A stretch of DNA of 64,000 nt from Bryobacterales bacterium. GTDB taxonomy: Bacteria; Acidobacteriota; Terriglobia; Bryobacterales; UBA6623. The stretch is from contig CBDCFO010000007.1 of the NCBI GenBank assembly GCA_965216215.1, positions 454,325 through 518,324 of the forward strand, written 5' to 3'. This document shows, one piece after another, positions 26,066 through 36,324 of this stretch. A program made the position numbers and the translations under genes. How positions within the stretch are numbered: the first letter of the stretch is position 1; every line of letters begins with the position of its first letter. Under the pieces are notes generated by a model. It ran no database searches. It was given only the letters and a program-made list of their open reading frames with translations, and was not told the DNA's origin.

Positions 26066-28933
26066 TCATTGGTGCGAGCTCTCCAGCGGATCTAGTCCGA
26101 GCGAGCAGATAATGCGAGGCTGACGCGCCTCCTGCTGGTGTCTGCTGACGATGGAGAGTCGCCCCGCCTCGCGCAACTCGATAGCCAGCGTGGACAGATC
26201 CGCGTCATTGATACCAGCGCGGAGCTGGCGACTCAAAGCGTCGCGAGCCACTGGCCTGAGCGGAAACTGCCGAATGTCGTCAATGACGCGATGCAGTTCG
26301 GGCGTGTCAAATAACGATCCACTGATGTTCTCAACGTGCTGCGCGAGTCGCTTGTAGACCTGAAAGCGGACACTCCTGCGGCTGCCCAATTGCCCGCCAA
26401 CCCTCTCACCCTGCCTTGCTGCCACCTCGATGGCCTTCCTGATCAGGGAGTGATGATTCTCGCGACGCGGCAGCGCGGGTTCGTCCGGTTCGCACTCGGC
26501 CGCCCGCAAAATGTCAAACTGCGACTCGCTGACGGCATTGCCCTGGTCATCTAGCCAAACCAAGGCATCGTAGTCATCGGCCGCCCGGATGTAGGCGAGG
26601 GCACCCTCCGGATGACCTGCGTCAGCCCTGTGCGCCTTGGTCGAATAGACGACGTCAGGCAATTCGGCGATCAGTCCCTCCAGAGCCGGGTCGGCTTCGA
26701 TGGCGCGCTTCCAGATCCCATAGGCCATGGAGCCAAGGTCGACATCGTCGTCAGGGTCATCCAGAATGCCAGCCTTCTCCGTGAACAGGTCTCGAACCGC
26801 CTCGGCGTTCTCGTCGTCCTCGAAGAATGATTCGTCCGTTCCGACGACCTCTGCATTCTCACGGAGCCTCTGCCGAATGCGGGATCGCAAGCGAATGATC
26901 CGGTCGACGCCTTCGGCTGGAAGGAAGGTATGGCAAAGAATCTCCTCGGATGTCTGGCCGATCCTATCAACTCGGCCCGCCCTCTGGATCAACCGCACAA
27001 TTGCCCATGGCATGTCGTAGTTCACTACGAACGCGCAATCCTGGAGGTTTTGCCCTTCGCTCAAGACGTCCGTCGCTACGAGCACATCAAGCTCGTTGCC
27101 CTGCGACACGCGATCCCGGAGATTGCTTCTTGGACTGAACCGCCAGACGAGACTGGTTGGATTGTCGCTGCTGCCGGTCACGGGCTCCACTTTGGGCACC
27201 CCCGCTCGCTTCATGCGCTCTGCAAGGTAGTTGACGGTGTCGGCGAACTGACTGAAGACCAGCACCTTGTCGCCGTCATTCCGGGAGCGCACCAGGTCGA
27301 GGAGCCGCTGGAACTTGCTGTCGCTGTCCGGTCGCCATGGGCCGGACATTTCGAGGATCCGCAGGAGTTGTCGGGAGTCGGAAATAAGATCGTCGGAGAG
27401 TGCGGACCGAAAGCGGGCGGCCGAGAGCCAGCGAAAGTTCGAGTGCATCTTCGTCCTGCATGTCTCGTAGGCGCGGGCCGCTCGTTCGCGGAACGCATCT
27501 TCGCTCCAAGGGCCGCCTGTTGCCACGTCCGGCGTGTCGTGCGAATGGCCGACACCGTCAATTTCGAATACGTCGGAGTCTCCGTCGTTGAAGCGGCTGT
27601 CCAAAGCTGCGGAGTCGTTCCCGCCAAACGGAATGTCGCCGCCCACGCCTAGCGCGTGCAGGTGGATGAAATTCCGCAGGATGTGCCGCTCGATCGAGAG
27701 CAGAAACGCGTGGCCGCTGCTCTCGAGGCGTTTGAAGAGATTCGTCCGGCAGAAGCCCATCATTCTCTGGCCGGCACGGGAGAGATCGCCGATGATCCGC
27801 CTCTCGGGAGCGGTCCAGTAGTCGGTCAGCGGTTCACGAATATAGTTCCCCAGACCGTATCGCGGCAGTTCAAGGCTGTTGATGATGTCAACAACCCGAT
27901 CGGAGAACAGGAGCGCATACTGGTCTTCTGGGTTGTCCGGGTCGATCGGAAAACGGACAGTTTTTGGGATCCGGACGGGAAAGAAGGATCGCGACCCATC
28001 CGGAAAGGTAAGGTAGGCCCGACCTGACGCTTTGTCGGTGTCGGTGTAGTGCCGCTGGATGAAGCTCCGCGTCCGGCGCACGAGGAACAGTCGCATCAGG
28101 TCGCGCCAGTCGTCCGCGTATTCGCTCTTCTCGAATGCGGCAAGGGTCCTGGAATGGCAGTGGTGCTTGGCGTAGAAGGAGGCTTCGTCCCTGAAGGTAT
28201 GGACGAGCCGTTCGAGACGCACGCCGATATCTGCGTCTTCCGACACGAAGAGGCGCAGTTGGCTCGAAAGATCCAGGTACGTCTTGTTGTAGGGCGTCGC
28301 CGACAGCAGGATCACCTTCGCATCCACCTCCCGGATGTACTCTTGGAGAGCCTTGAATCGCTTCCCCTCCCGGTTCCGCAGGTTGTGGCTCTCGTCAATC
28401 AGGAGCAAGCGGTATGTCCCTGCGATCTTGGGTAGCTGGACGGGCGCTCTCCCCAACGAAAGCACCGTTCCCCGCAGGCCGTAGCGCTTGCGGTACTCTC
28501 TCCACATCGGGACGAGGCTCTTCGGGCAAATGATCAGGGTCTGGGTTCCGTGATCGTCTTCGAACACCTTGGCCAGGGCGGTCGCCATTAGGGTTTTGCC
28601 CAAGCCGACAACATCCCCGATGAGGACGCCACCACGCTGGTTGAGGTGGCGCGCCGCCATCTTGACGGCCTCAGCTTGGTAGTCGAAGAGGATTCCGGCT
28701 AGCTCCTGCGGCAGCTGGAATTCGTTCAGGCCCGCGCGGGCTTCGCGCGAGAGGTGATACGCGATTTTGACGTACACGTGGTACGGCGGAGGCGCCTCCT
28801 CGCGAGCCCAGCTCTCATCGATGATCTCCAGCAGTTCCTGCGAAATATCGACGCACCAGCGGTCCTGCCAGCGGTCCTCGAACCATTGGGCCAGCTGCTG
28901 GCAAGTCTGCTGGTCCAAGACATCGATGTTCAA
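26066..28933 (-). CDS. SNF2-family helicase segment of a frameshifted HKD-nuclease/SNF2 fusion gene
   Basis: DVVGLGKTL (motif I), DESHNLRN (motif II), LSATPYN, and a helicase-C domain with QRAGRVDRIGQ. The annotated TTG start is an artefact, because the frame stays open upstream and encodes GFLGSSNLTFTGL (second half of an HKD motif). Confidence 0.85.
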   Translation of the reverse strand: MNIDVLDQQTCQQLAQWFEDRWQDRWCVDISQELLEIIDESWAREEAPPPYHVYVKIAYHLSREARAGLNEFQLPQELAGILFDYQAEAVKMAARHLNQRGGVLIGDVVGLGKTLMATALAKVFEDDHGTQTLIICPKSLVPMWREYRKRYGLRGTVLSLGRAPVQLPKIAGTYRLLLIDESHNLRNREGKRFKALQEYIREVDAKVILLSATPYNKTYLDLSSQLRLFVSEDADIGVRLERLVHTFRDEASFYAKHHCHSRTLAAFEKSEYADDWRDLMRLFLVRRTRSFIQRHYTDTDKASGRAYLTFPDGSRSFFPVRIPKTVRFPIDPDNPEDQYALLFSDRVVDIINSLELPRYGLGNYIREPLTDYWTAPERRIIGDLSRAGQRMMGFCRTNLFKRLESSGHAFLLSIERHILRNFIHLHALGVGGDIPFGGNDSAALDSRFNDGDSDVFEIDGVGHSHDTPDVATGGPWSEDAFRERAARAYETCRTKMHSNFRWLSAARFRSALSDDLISDSRQLLRILEMSGPWRPDSDSKFQRLLDLVRSRNDGDKVLVFSQFADTVNYLAERMKRAGVPKVEPVTGSSDNPTSLVWRFSPRSNLRDRVSQGNELDVLVATDVLSEGQNLQDCAFVVNYDMPWAIVRLIQRAGRVDRIGQTSEEILCHTFLPAEGVDRIIRLRSRIRQRLRENAEVVGTDESFFEDDENAEAVRDLFTEKAGILDDPDDDVDLGSMAYGIWKRAIEADPALEGLIAELPDVVYSTKAHRADAGHPEGALAYIRAADDYDALVWLDDQGNAVSESQFDILRAAECEPDEPALPRRENHHSLIRKAIEVAARQGERVGGQLGSRRSVRFQVYKRLAQHVENISGSLFDTPELHRVIDDIRQFPLRPVARDALSRQLRAGINDADLSTLAIELREAGRLSIVSRHQQEARQPRIICSLGLDPLESSHQ

Positions 28934-28962
28934 TTCTCCCTGGCCCTTGAGCCCCGTAAACG

Positions 28963-29445
28963 TCAGGTTGCTGCTTCCGAGGAAACCGGGGTAACCGGAT
29001 CGAGTCGGTAGGTCAAATAGAGCTTGGCGTGGAGCGGATGCCTTAGAAAGAGCTTCACAACGACCTTGTTGGCCCGAAGTTGGCGGGAAAGCCGCCGGAG
29101 CCCCGCTTCGTCGTCGTTCGTCGGCGCACCGACAGTCAACTGGTCTCGAAACTCCTCTGCCAGCCGCCGCTTGAGCCGTTCGGCCGTCTGCACGTCAAGC
29201 TCATCGAATGACCCTCCGGCATGAAAGGACTGACGGAACGCTTCCTGCGGGGGTGGCTGCATCCCAACCAGAACTCGGCAGCAATTCCGTGGCCCGCCGG
29301 GCCAGGGTTCGATGACCGAATCCACAGCCCGCCAGCCTCGCAGATTGAAGTACCCGACACAGAAATCCGCCCGATGGGAGACCTTTAGCGTGTCGCGCAA
29401 CACCGGTAGCAGGTTGCTCTCGATGTTGTCGAATATGCGGGGCAT
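28963..29445 (-). CDS. HKD (phospholipase-D-like) nuclease N-terminal segment of the same split gene
   Basis: MPRIFDNIESNLLPVLRDTLKVSHRADFCVGYFNLRGW...HPLHAKLYLTYRLDPVTP, then a premature stop after the frame slips at 28985..28991. Start placed at ATG 29445. Confidence 0.8.
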   Translation of the reverse strand: MPRIFDNIESNLLPVLRDTLKVSHRADFCVGYFNLRGWRAVDSVIEPWPGGPRNCCRVLVGMQPPPQEAFRQSFHAGGSFDELDVQTAERLKRRLAEEFRDQLTVGAPTNDDEAGLRRLSRQLRANKVVVKLFLRHPLHAKLYLTYRLDPVTPVSSEAAT

Positions 29446-29625
29446 TCCAATGGGGCGCCTGACCCGGCGATGCGCCCTAGCCGGTGGGAGCCCAGGCGTC
29501 CGAGGCCAGTTGCAGCAACTTCGGGAAATTGTAGCCATTTCTTGCCGTTGCCCATCGGCGCGGAACGGGATCCTCCGCTTGGCACGGGGACGGAACCTCC
29601 CGGGCCGTGTTGTATCGTCCTAGCT

Positions 29626-30363
29626 ATGGGACCAGCCTTTTCGCCGCGATCGGTACCGCAGCCGGGTGGAGCGGTTCTTCCAGGGCGCACTGTCGAGGTG
29701 TGGCTCGGTTCGCTGGCCCCGAGGCGGGATCCGCCAGGACCGGAGCTGTCAACCCTCTCCCCGGACGAATCCGCATATGCGAAGGGAATGGCGCCGGAAC
29801 CCCGCCGCCGCTTCACGGCCTCCCGAATCTTGCTGAGGCGACTGATCTCGGCATACGTGGGCGACACGCCAGGTGAAATCGAGTTCTCCTACGGGTCAGA
29901 TGGAAAGCCCGCCCTCGGTGGCAGGCATGCGGGCTCGCTCCTGCATTTCAATCTGTCTCACTCACGGGACCGGATGCTGTTCGCGATCGGCCGGACACCT
30001 CTAGGCATTGACCTGGAGACGCCACGAAGGCTTCGAAATTTCGGGGCTGTAGCGGAACGGTTCTTCGCGCAAGGCGAAGTCTGCGCCCTAGGGAAGCTCC
30101 CGGCTGCCCAGCGCCAAGCGGCGTTCTTCGCGTGCTGGACTCGCAAGGAGGCTTATGTGAAGGCGATCGGCCACGGCATTTCGAACCGCTTCAAGACCTT
30201 CGAGGTTGTCTTCTCGCCGGGATTGAAACCTGCTGTGCTTGCCACTGACGGGAGGCCGGATCCGCACTATAGCGTGCTTCACCTCGAGCCGGAGCCTGGG
30301 CTGGTAGGCGCCCTGGTCGTCACAGGCAGTGCTGAGACGCTGAACTACTGGTCAATTCGATAA
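29626..30363 (+). CDS. 4'-phosphopantetheinyl transferase (Sfp type)
   Basis: FSYGSDGKPAL, FNLSHSRDRMLFAI, GIDLE, and FFACWTRKEAYVKAIGHG. Start at ATG 29626 (track ORF from 29470). Confidence 0.85.
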   Translation: MGPAFSPRSVPQPGGAVLPGRTVEVWLGSLAPRRDPPGPELSTLSPDESAYAKGMAPEPRRRFTASRILLRRLISAYVGDTPGEIEFSYGSDGKPALGGRHAGSLLHFNLSHSRDRMLFAIGRTPLGIDLETPRRLRNFGAVAERFFAQGEVCALGKLPAAQRQAAFFACWTRKEAYVKAIGHGISNRFKTFEVVFSPGLKPAVLATDGRPDPHYSVLHLEPEPGLVGALVVTGSAETLNYWSIR

Positions 30364-30525
30364 CCAGAACCACCGCTCTGGAATCACCCCTCATGGTACA
30401 GGTCCAGGTAGGCGAACGGAGCCTCGAATTCGTTCGCCGGCGGCTCGCACGGGAATCGATCACAGGCCGAGCAGCGAACCGCGCGCTCAGCTCGCTTCTA
30501 GATCGCCAGGGCCTTGCCGACCGGG

Positions 30526-31866
30526 TCAGAGTCCGAGTTCCTCGATGAACTTGGTGTCGTACCGTCCCGCGACGAAGGCGGGCTCGTTTAGAATCCGCTG
30601 GTGCAGTGGTATGGATGTCTTGATTCCATCAAGCACGTACATCGACAACGCCCGCTGCATTCGCTGGATCGCTTCCTCGCGGTTTCTTCCGTGGGCAATC
30701 ACCTTGGCCACCAGCGAATCGTAGTGGGGCAGCACGCTACCTCCCGAGTACGCGGCGCTGTCCACACGGATACCCGGCCCTCCCGGCGCCGCGTACCTGC
30801 CGATTCGGCCGGCGCAAGGCCGGAATGTCACCGGATCCTCAGCGTTGACGCGACACTCAATCGCGTGGCCTCTCACTTCCGGAGGTCCCGGCAAGACCTC
30901 GCTCAGCGGTTCTCCGGCCGCAAGCCGTAACTGGCTCCTCACTAAGTCGATACCGGAAACCGCTTCGGTAACCGGGTGCTCGACCTGGATGCGAGCATTC
31001 AGCTCAATGAAGTGCAACTGGCCATCCTCGTCCATCAAGAACTCAACGGTCCCGGCGTTTGAGTACTGGATCTCTCCGAGCGCTCTCGAGAGGATCTCGC
31101 CCATCTGTTCGCGCAGGTCCGCGCTGAACCCGTTCGCCGGCGCCTCTTCGATCAACTTCTGGTGGCGGCGCTGGATCGAGCACTCGCGCTCGCCCAGGGA
31201 GACGACATTGCCCTGATCATCGCCAAGCACTTGAAATTCGATGTGCCGGGGCCGCTCAACATACTTTTCCAAGTACACTTCGCCGCAGCCGAATGCCGCT
31301 TCGGCTTCCGAACGGGCCTGATCAAATCCAGTTTCCAGATTCTTTGCCTCGCGCACGATGCGCATTCCTCGGCCACCGCCGCCGCGCGAGGCCTTGAGTA
31401 TCACCGGAAAACCGGTCTCGGCTGCCCACGAGCGGACTTCGTCAATGGTTTGCAACGGCTCATCGGCACCCGGCAAGACCGGAATGCCTGCATTCTTGGC
31501 TGCCCTCCGTGCCTGGGCCTTGTCGCCCATCAAGCGGATCGCTTCCGGGCTAGGACCGATGAAACGGATTCCGCAGTCCCTGCAAATCTCGGCGAAACCC
31601 GGATCCTCGGCGAGAAAACCGTAGCCCGGATGGATTGCATCGACATTGGCGATTTCCGCCGCGCTGATGATGGCAGGCACATTCAAGTAGCTGCTGGAAC
31701 TCTTCGCCGCGCCGATGCAGATGGCCTCGTCGGCATGGGCGACGTGAAGCGAGTCCCGGTCTGCTGTCGAGTAGACCGCAACTGTCCGTACTCCCAGATC
31801 GCGGCAAGCCGCGATCACCCGCAGCGCGATCTCTCCACGGTTCGCGACAAGAACCTTCTCGAACAT
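30526..31866 (-). CDS. accC: Acetyl-CoA carboxylase biotin carboxylase subunit
   Basis: 446-aa ORF, MFEKVLVANRGEIALRVIAAC..., ATP-grasp, directly downstream of accB. Confidence 0.95.
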   Translation of the reverse strand: MFEKVLVANRGEIALRVIAACRDLGVRTVAVYSTADRDSLHVAHADEAICIGAAKSSSSYLNVPAIISAAEIANVDAIHPGYGFLAEDPGFAEICRDCGIRFIGPSPEAIRLMGDKAQARRAAKNAGIPVLPGADEPLQTIDEVRSWAAETGFPVILKASRGGGGRGMRIVREAKNLETGFDQARSEAEAAFGCGEVYLEKYVERPRHIEFQVLGDDQGNVVSLGERECSIQRRHQKLIEEAPANGFSADLREQMGEILSRALGEIQYSNAGTVEFLMDEDGQLHFIELNARIQVEHPVTEAVSGIDLVRSQLRLAAGEPLSEVLPGPPEVRGHAIECRVNAEDPVTFRPCAGRIGRYAAPGGPGIRVDSAAYSGGSVLPHYDSLVAKVIAHGRNREEAIQRMQRALSMYVLDGIKTSIPLHQRILNEPAFVAGRYDTKFIEELGL

Positions 31867-31879
31867 GCCCGGCAGAGCC

Positions 31880-32326
<447 letters not shown>

Positions 32327-32330
32327 GAAT

Positions 32331-33428
32331 CTATCTTCCCGATCCTTCCAGCACTCGGAGCTCCCGCGGAGTCTTGGTCAGCACCTCGCAGCCGGTCTCG
32401 GTGACCACTACTACATCCTCGATCCGGACACCCGCAAAACCCTCCATGTACACACCCGGCTCGACCGTGAGGACCATGCCGGGTTCAAGGCGTTGCCGCT
32501 GTCTAGGGCCGACGCGGGGCCCCTCGTGAATCTCCAGCCCCAGCCCATGGCCCGTCGAGTGCGAGAACTTCGAATCGAGCCTTATGCCTCCAACAGTCGT
32601 CATTCTCAACACCTGCCGGACCCGATTGTCGACGGTGCGACACTCCACGCCTGGACGGATCGCATCAATTGCGGCAGCTTGGGCTTGCAAGACGGCGTGG
32701 AACAGCTTCTTTTGCGTTTCGTCCGGATGGCCGAGAGCGATCATCCGGGTCATGTCGCTGCAATAGCCGTCAAGTATAGCACCTTGGTCGACAACGACGA
32801 GGGACTTCTGCAGGAGCTGTTCGGCACGTGGCTCGGCGTGCGGCAGGGCTGCGTGCGTCCCGCTGGCGACGATAGTCGGAAAGGCTGCTCCCTCGGCGCC
32901 CAGCTTGCGCATTGCGAATTCCATCTCCGCAGCAACGTCAGATTCAGTCCATCCCGGCCCGACGCGGGCGCAAACATCTTCGAATGCCTTGGAATTCAAT
33001 TCGACAGACCGGCGAATGGCTTCGATTTCAGCGGCGCTCTTCCGCATTCGCAGCGTCTCGACTGCCGATCGCAACGCTTCGAGCTGGCAATTCTTCAAGC
33101 TGCCGGCGAGAAACGCATAGGTGTCGTAGTCCAGCCGGTTGGCTTCGAACGCCAGGCGTCGCAGGCGCAGCGCGCCCGCTCGCCCTACCAAGGCGGGCCG
33201 CGAGTCCCCCCTGGAGATTTCGACGTGGATCCCTCTTGTTTGCTCGCTCGCCTGCAACCGGTAGCGGCCGTCGGTAAACAGCGTGGTCTCCTCCGGCGTG
33301 ACCAGCAGATGACCGGTGCTCCCGGTAAAGCCGGTTAGGTAGCGGATGTTCGGGAGCGCCGAAACATACATCGCCCGGCCGCGCAAGCGGCGGCGCAAGC
33401 GAGCCAATCGGTCCGTGTGGTCGTGCAT
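32331..33428 (-). CDS. pepP: M24 family Xaa-Pro aminopeptidase
   Basis: 365-aa ORF with the pita-bread metal ligand context [22 protein letters not shown] and TVEPGVY. Lies upstream of accBC, as in many bacteria. Confidence 0.85.
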   Translation of the reverse strand: MHDHTDRLARLRRRLRGRAMYVSALPNIRYLTGFTGSTGHLLVTPEETTLFTDGRYRLQASEQTRGIHVEISRGDSRPALVGRAGALRLRRLAFEANRLDYDTYAFLAGSLKNCQLEALRSAVETLRMRKSAAEIEAIRRSVELNSKAFEDVCARVGPGWTESDVAAEMEFAMRKLGAEGAAFPTIVASGTHAALPHAEPRAEQLLQKSLVVVDQGAILDGYCSDMTRMIALGHPDETQKKLFHAVLQAQAAAIDAIRPGVECRTVDNRVRQVLRMTTVGGIRLDSKFSHSTGHGLGLEIHEGPRVGPRQRQRLEPGMVLTVEPGVYMEGFAGVRIEDVVVVTETGCEVLTKTPRELRVLEGSGR

Positions 33429-33516
33429 TGAGTAGTGGGGTCCTCCGCAGCCCGTCGGTGGTGTCAGGGGTCGGTGCCGGATTCAAGGCTCCGGACCCAG
33501 CCCCGTGTCCGAAACG

Positions 33517-33545
33517 GCCCTTCCGCCCATGATACGGAAGAGGGC
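33517..33545 (-). terminator. Possible intrinsic terminator of the TonB-receptor gene
   Basis: On the minus strand, 5 nt after the stop: GCCCTCTTCCG-tatcatggg-CGGAAGGGC (9 bp with one 2-nt bulge), followed by CGTTTCGG, which is only a weak U tract. Confidence 0.35.
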
Positions 33546-33549
33546 GAAC

Positions 33550-35952
33550 TCACCAAAAGATCCGTAGTTTGGCACTGGCCGTCAGCGGTTGGATGACTCT
33601 GGTGCCAACGAACACGGACTGAAAACTATAGAGTCCTTTTCGATTCGTGAGATTCGAGACCTGGAATGCGACTTCCCATGCCCGCCGGTCGCCCCGGTAG
33701 TGCTCGTATCCAAGCGAGGCGTCGATGATCGTGCGCGGGCGGATTCGAGGAGGATCCCCGTGCAGATCGACGTAAGGGAGCTGGTCGTAGTAGTCAGGGT
33801 CCGCAGCAACCTCAGCTGGATCGGACGGGTTCGGGACCAAGCCGCTGTCGTAGCGAACCTGCCAGCTGGACCACCAACGCTTTGCCGGTCTGCAGATCAG
33901 GCTGCCAGTCACTCCGAGCGCCTGGTCATGGTCGATGACGAACGGCCCATCCGTCAGCGAATCCAGCGCCGCGGATCCCAGAAACAGCCCGCCCGTGAAC
34001 GGGGGCGTCACAATCGCCCTGAAATGGGTGAGGCTGAACGAGCCCGAGACCCTCCGCGCCATGGGCACGACCAACCGAGTCTCGAATCCGTTCACGCGCG
34101 AAAATGCCAGCGACGTCGGGAAGATGATCCCGGTGTTGAGAAAGTTGTCATTGTCCTGGGGATTCGAAGAGTCCTTGTGATAGAAAGCGAGGTCCAGCGA
34201 GGCGTGCCCCGCAAGGTCCTGCTGGATGCCAGCCTCGTACACGTTCTGGCGCTGGGGCTCGATCGGGATCACGCCGCCATTGAAGGTGCGCCGGACATCC
34301 GGCGGGGCCAGCAGCGCCGATTCCATCGAATTGGCGAGCAAGAGGTTTTCGTTGGGCGGCGTCTGGAAGTTGCGGTTGTAGGAAGCCCGAAAGACCGTGC
34401 CGCTCGACTTGAGGTGGTACGCGAACCCGATCCTGGGCTGGAGCTGCGCTGCACGCACCACCATCGAATAGCGGTCATACCGGAGTCCGAGATCGATCAC
34501 GAACCGACGCCAGTTCACGCGGTCTCGAAGAAACACGGTGAACAGTTGCCCGGAGCCGCGCTCGCTGAAGCGGAATCGCGCCCCGCCCCGCGACAGATCG
34601 AACGGCACAAGATTGGGATTGAAGTCTGGCCTGGCAGGGTCGTTGAGCAGCGGATCGGTCAGACCGAACACAAAGTCCTCGCCGACAGGAAAATGCTGGC
34701 CGTCGATACCGACTTGGATCGCTTGGGCTCCGTGCTGCCAGTCGAGACGGTTGAAGGTCGCCAGCGTCGCCAGCGTGCGCGTCAGTTCCGCAGTCACGGG
34801 AGTGTCGCCCGGACTTGGCAGCAGCCGTGCGGACGTGCCGCGGTACGAGGTGGTGGAATCGAAAGTCGCAAATGGTGACAGCGCACGCACGTAGCCCAGC
34901 CCGAACGACAGATCGTCGAGCGACCGGCGTTGGGCCTGCCCGTTTGCATGCTGACTGCGCAAGTTCGCCAGCTGAAACGAAGACTGCCCTGCCATTCCGC
35001 TGAAGCGGAACAGTTCCCGATCAGATCGCTGCCAGTCCACCCGAAACGATCCACGCTGGGCATTGCCGCCATTGTGCAGGTTGTCGAACGAGGGGGAATC
35101 CAGAAAGCGGTTGCTCTTGATGTTGGAAACTGACCCAAACCAAGCGAGGCTTCCGCGCGTGCCTCCGGCTCGGGCCGCCTGGGTCACGGTGTCGAATCCA
35201 CCGCCGCCCAGTTCAATTTCGCCGAACGTCCGACCGCCTCCGTCGAATCCGGACCGGGTTGTGATATTGGCAACGGCGGAAACCTTGGCACCGTACTCCG
35301 GAGGCACGTTTCCAGTGAACAGTTCCAGGCTCTGCACGAGGCCCGGGTCGATCGAAGTTGCAAACTGCCCGGAGAATTGATCGCTGATCGGCATGCCATC
35401 GATCACGTAAGTCATCTGGTTGTGGGCTCCGCGCGGATGGATTGTGCCATTCGCATTCGCAGCGAATCCTGGAAAGCCAAGCAAGACCGCCTCCAGTCCC
35501 CGGGCCCCCGGCGCGATCGGCAGTTTCTCGATGATGCGCTGGCTCAGCTGTGCTCTCGTTCCCGTAGCTTGGGTGTCGAGCAGATCAAGCCGCTCATGAG
35601 CGTTCACCAGCACCGATTCCACACTCACACTGATCTCCAAGGCGATCTCAAGCGGCACGGTCACGCTCGATCTGAGGTCAATTGATCGGAACGCAGGACG
35701 GAATCCGTCTCGCTCCACCCGCAGGACGTATCCCTGGAACGGGAGGTTCCCGAACGAGAACTGGCCCCGCCCGTCGGTTGCGAGTTCACGCTCGAAGCCC
35801 GAGAGAGCATGGGTCACCCACACCGAGGCTCCGGCAACAGCGGCCTGCTGCGCATCGACGACGGTACCTTCCAGCGTCGCGGCCGACTGGGACTGGGCTG
35901 AATTCCAGGCAATCAGAAGTACCAGCGGTAGCAAGGCACGCGTTTGCGGCAT
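33550..35952 (-). CDS. TonB-dependent receptor with N-terminal carboxypeptidase-regulatory-like domain
   Basis: 800-aa ORF with a signal peptide, LEGTVVDAQQAAVAGASVWV...GQFSFGNLPFQGYVLRVERDGF (CarboxypepD_reg), a plug region, and a beta-barrel ending in the aromatic residues ...AKLRIFW. Confidence 0.88.
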   Translation of the reverse strand: MPQTRALLPLVLLIAWNSAQSQSAATLEGTVVDAQQAAVAGASVWVTHALSGFERELATDGRGQFSFGNLPFQGYVLRVERDGFRPAFRSIDLRSSVTVPLEIALEISVSVESVLVNAHERLDLLDTQATGTRAQLSQRIIEKLPIAPGARGLEAVLLGFPGFAANANGTIHPRGAHNQMTYVIDGMPISDQFSGQFATSIDPGLVQSLELFTGNVPPEYGAKVSAVANITTRSGFDGGGRTFGEIELGGGGFDTVTQAARAGGTRGSLAWFGSVSNIKSNRFLDSPSFDNLHNGGNAQRGSFRVDWQRSDRELFRFSGMAGQSSFQLANLRSQHANGQAQRRSLDDLSFGLGYVRALSPFATFDSTTSYRGTSARLLPSPGDTPVTAELTRTLATLATFNRLDWQHGAQAIQVGIDGQHFPVGEDFVFGLTDPLLNDPARPDFNPNLVPFDLSRGGARFRFSERGSGQLFTVFLRDRVNWRRFVIDLGLRYDRYSMVVRAAQLQPRIGFAYHLKSSGTVFRASYNRNFQTPPNENLLLANSMESALLAPPDVRRTFNGGVIPIEPQRQNVYEAGIQQDLAGHASLDLAFYHKDSSNPQDNDNFLNTGIIFPTSLAFSRVNGFETRLVVPMARRVSGSFSLTHFRAIVTPPFTGGLFLGSAALDSLTDGPFVIDHDQALGVTGSLICRPAKRWWSSWQVRYDSGLVPNPSDPAEVAADPDYYDQLPYVDLHGDPPRIRPRTIIDASLGYEHYRGDRRAWEVAFQVSNLTNRKGLYSFQSVFVGTRVIQPLTASAKLRIFW

Positions 35953-36045
35953 CGTACAAAGATGATTTAGGGCAGCCTAAATCTGTTTTATACTCTAACT
36001 AATAAAAATACTCTATGCAACTAAGGAGAACATGGACCCTACGGC

Positions 36046-36324
36046 TCAGGAGTTTCGGAGGCCGCGACGGGTCGCCGCGCGCCCTACCTGGGTCGCAAGG
36101 AGGAAAGGAAACTCCTGTTTTCCCAAGGATCTACGAGATGCAGGCAGGAAGGCATCCAACCGACGGACAGAGATCTTGCAGAGCATCTGGCAAACCCTTG
36201 CAACTTGTTCGTTCCAGACGAGTTCATGACGGCGTCTGTTCATGTGGCGACCCGCCTTGGAAAGTGCACAGATGCGGATCCACACGGAGTCGAGCAGCAC
36301 GTCATGTAGGTTCCGGAGAGGCAT
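36046..36324 (-). pseudogene. Possible decayed REP-associated tyrosine transposase (IS200-like/COG1943) fragment
   Basis: YGMPLRNLHDVLLDS resembles the Y-x-LMPNHVHLL block (HxH lost). LSKAGRHMNRRRHELVWNEQV resembles the L-x-x-x-x-NRR-x-G-x-LWQxRY block. GC3 is lower than in neighbouring genes and the N-terminus is missing. Confidence 0.3.

Noticed and set aside
26066-26068. TGA at the end of the SNF2 ORF acting as selenocysteine or programmed readthrough.
   Set aside because: I see no SECIS-like hairpin immediately downstream and there is no functional rationale. A nonsense mutation or an unrelated remnant is the simpler explanation.
36032-36229. A 65-aa ORF with a textbook AAGGAG-N3-ATG ribosome-binding site in the AT-rich island.
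   Set aside because: The product is Arg-rich and low-complexity. GC3 is about 60%, well below neighbouring genes. The SD spacing is short. The AT-rich segment is better explained as the promoter of the divergent TonB receptor, and the ORF overlaps the RAYT-like remnant on the other strand.
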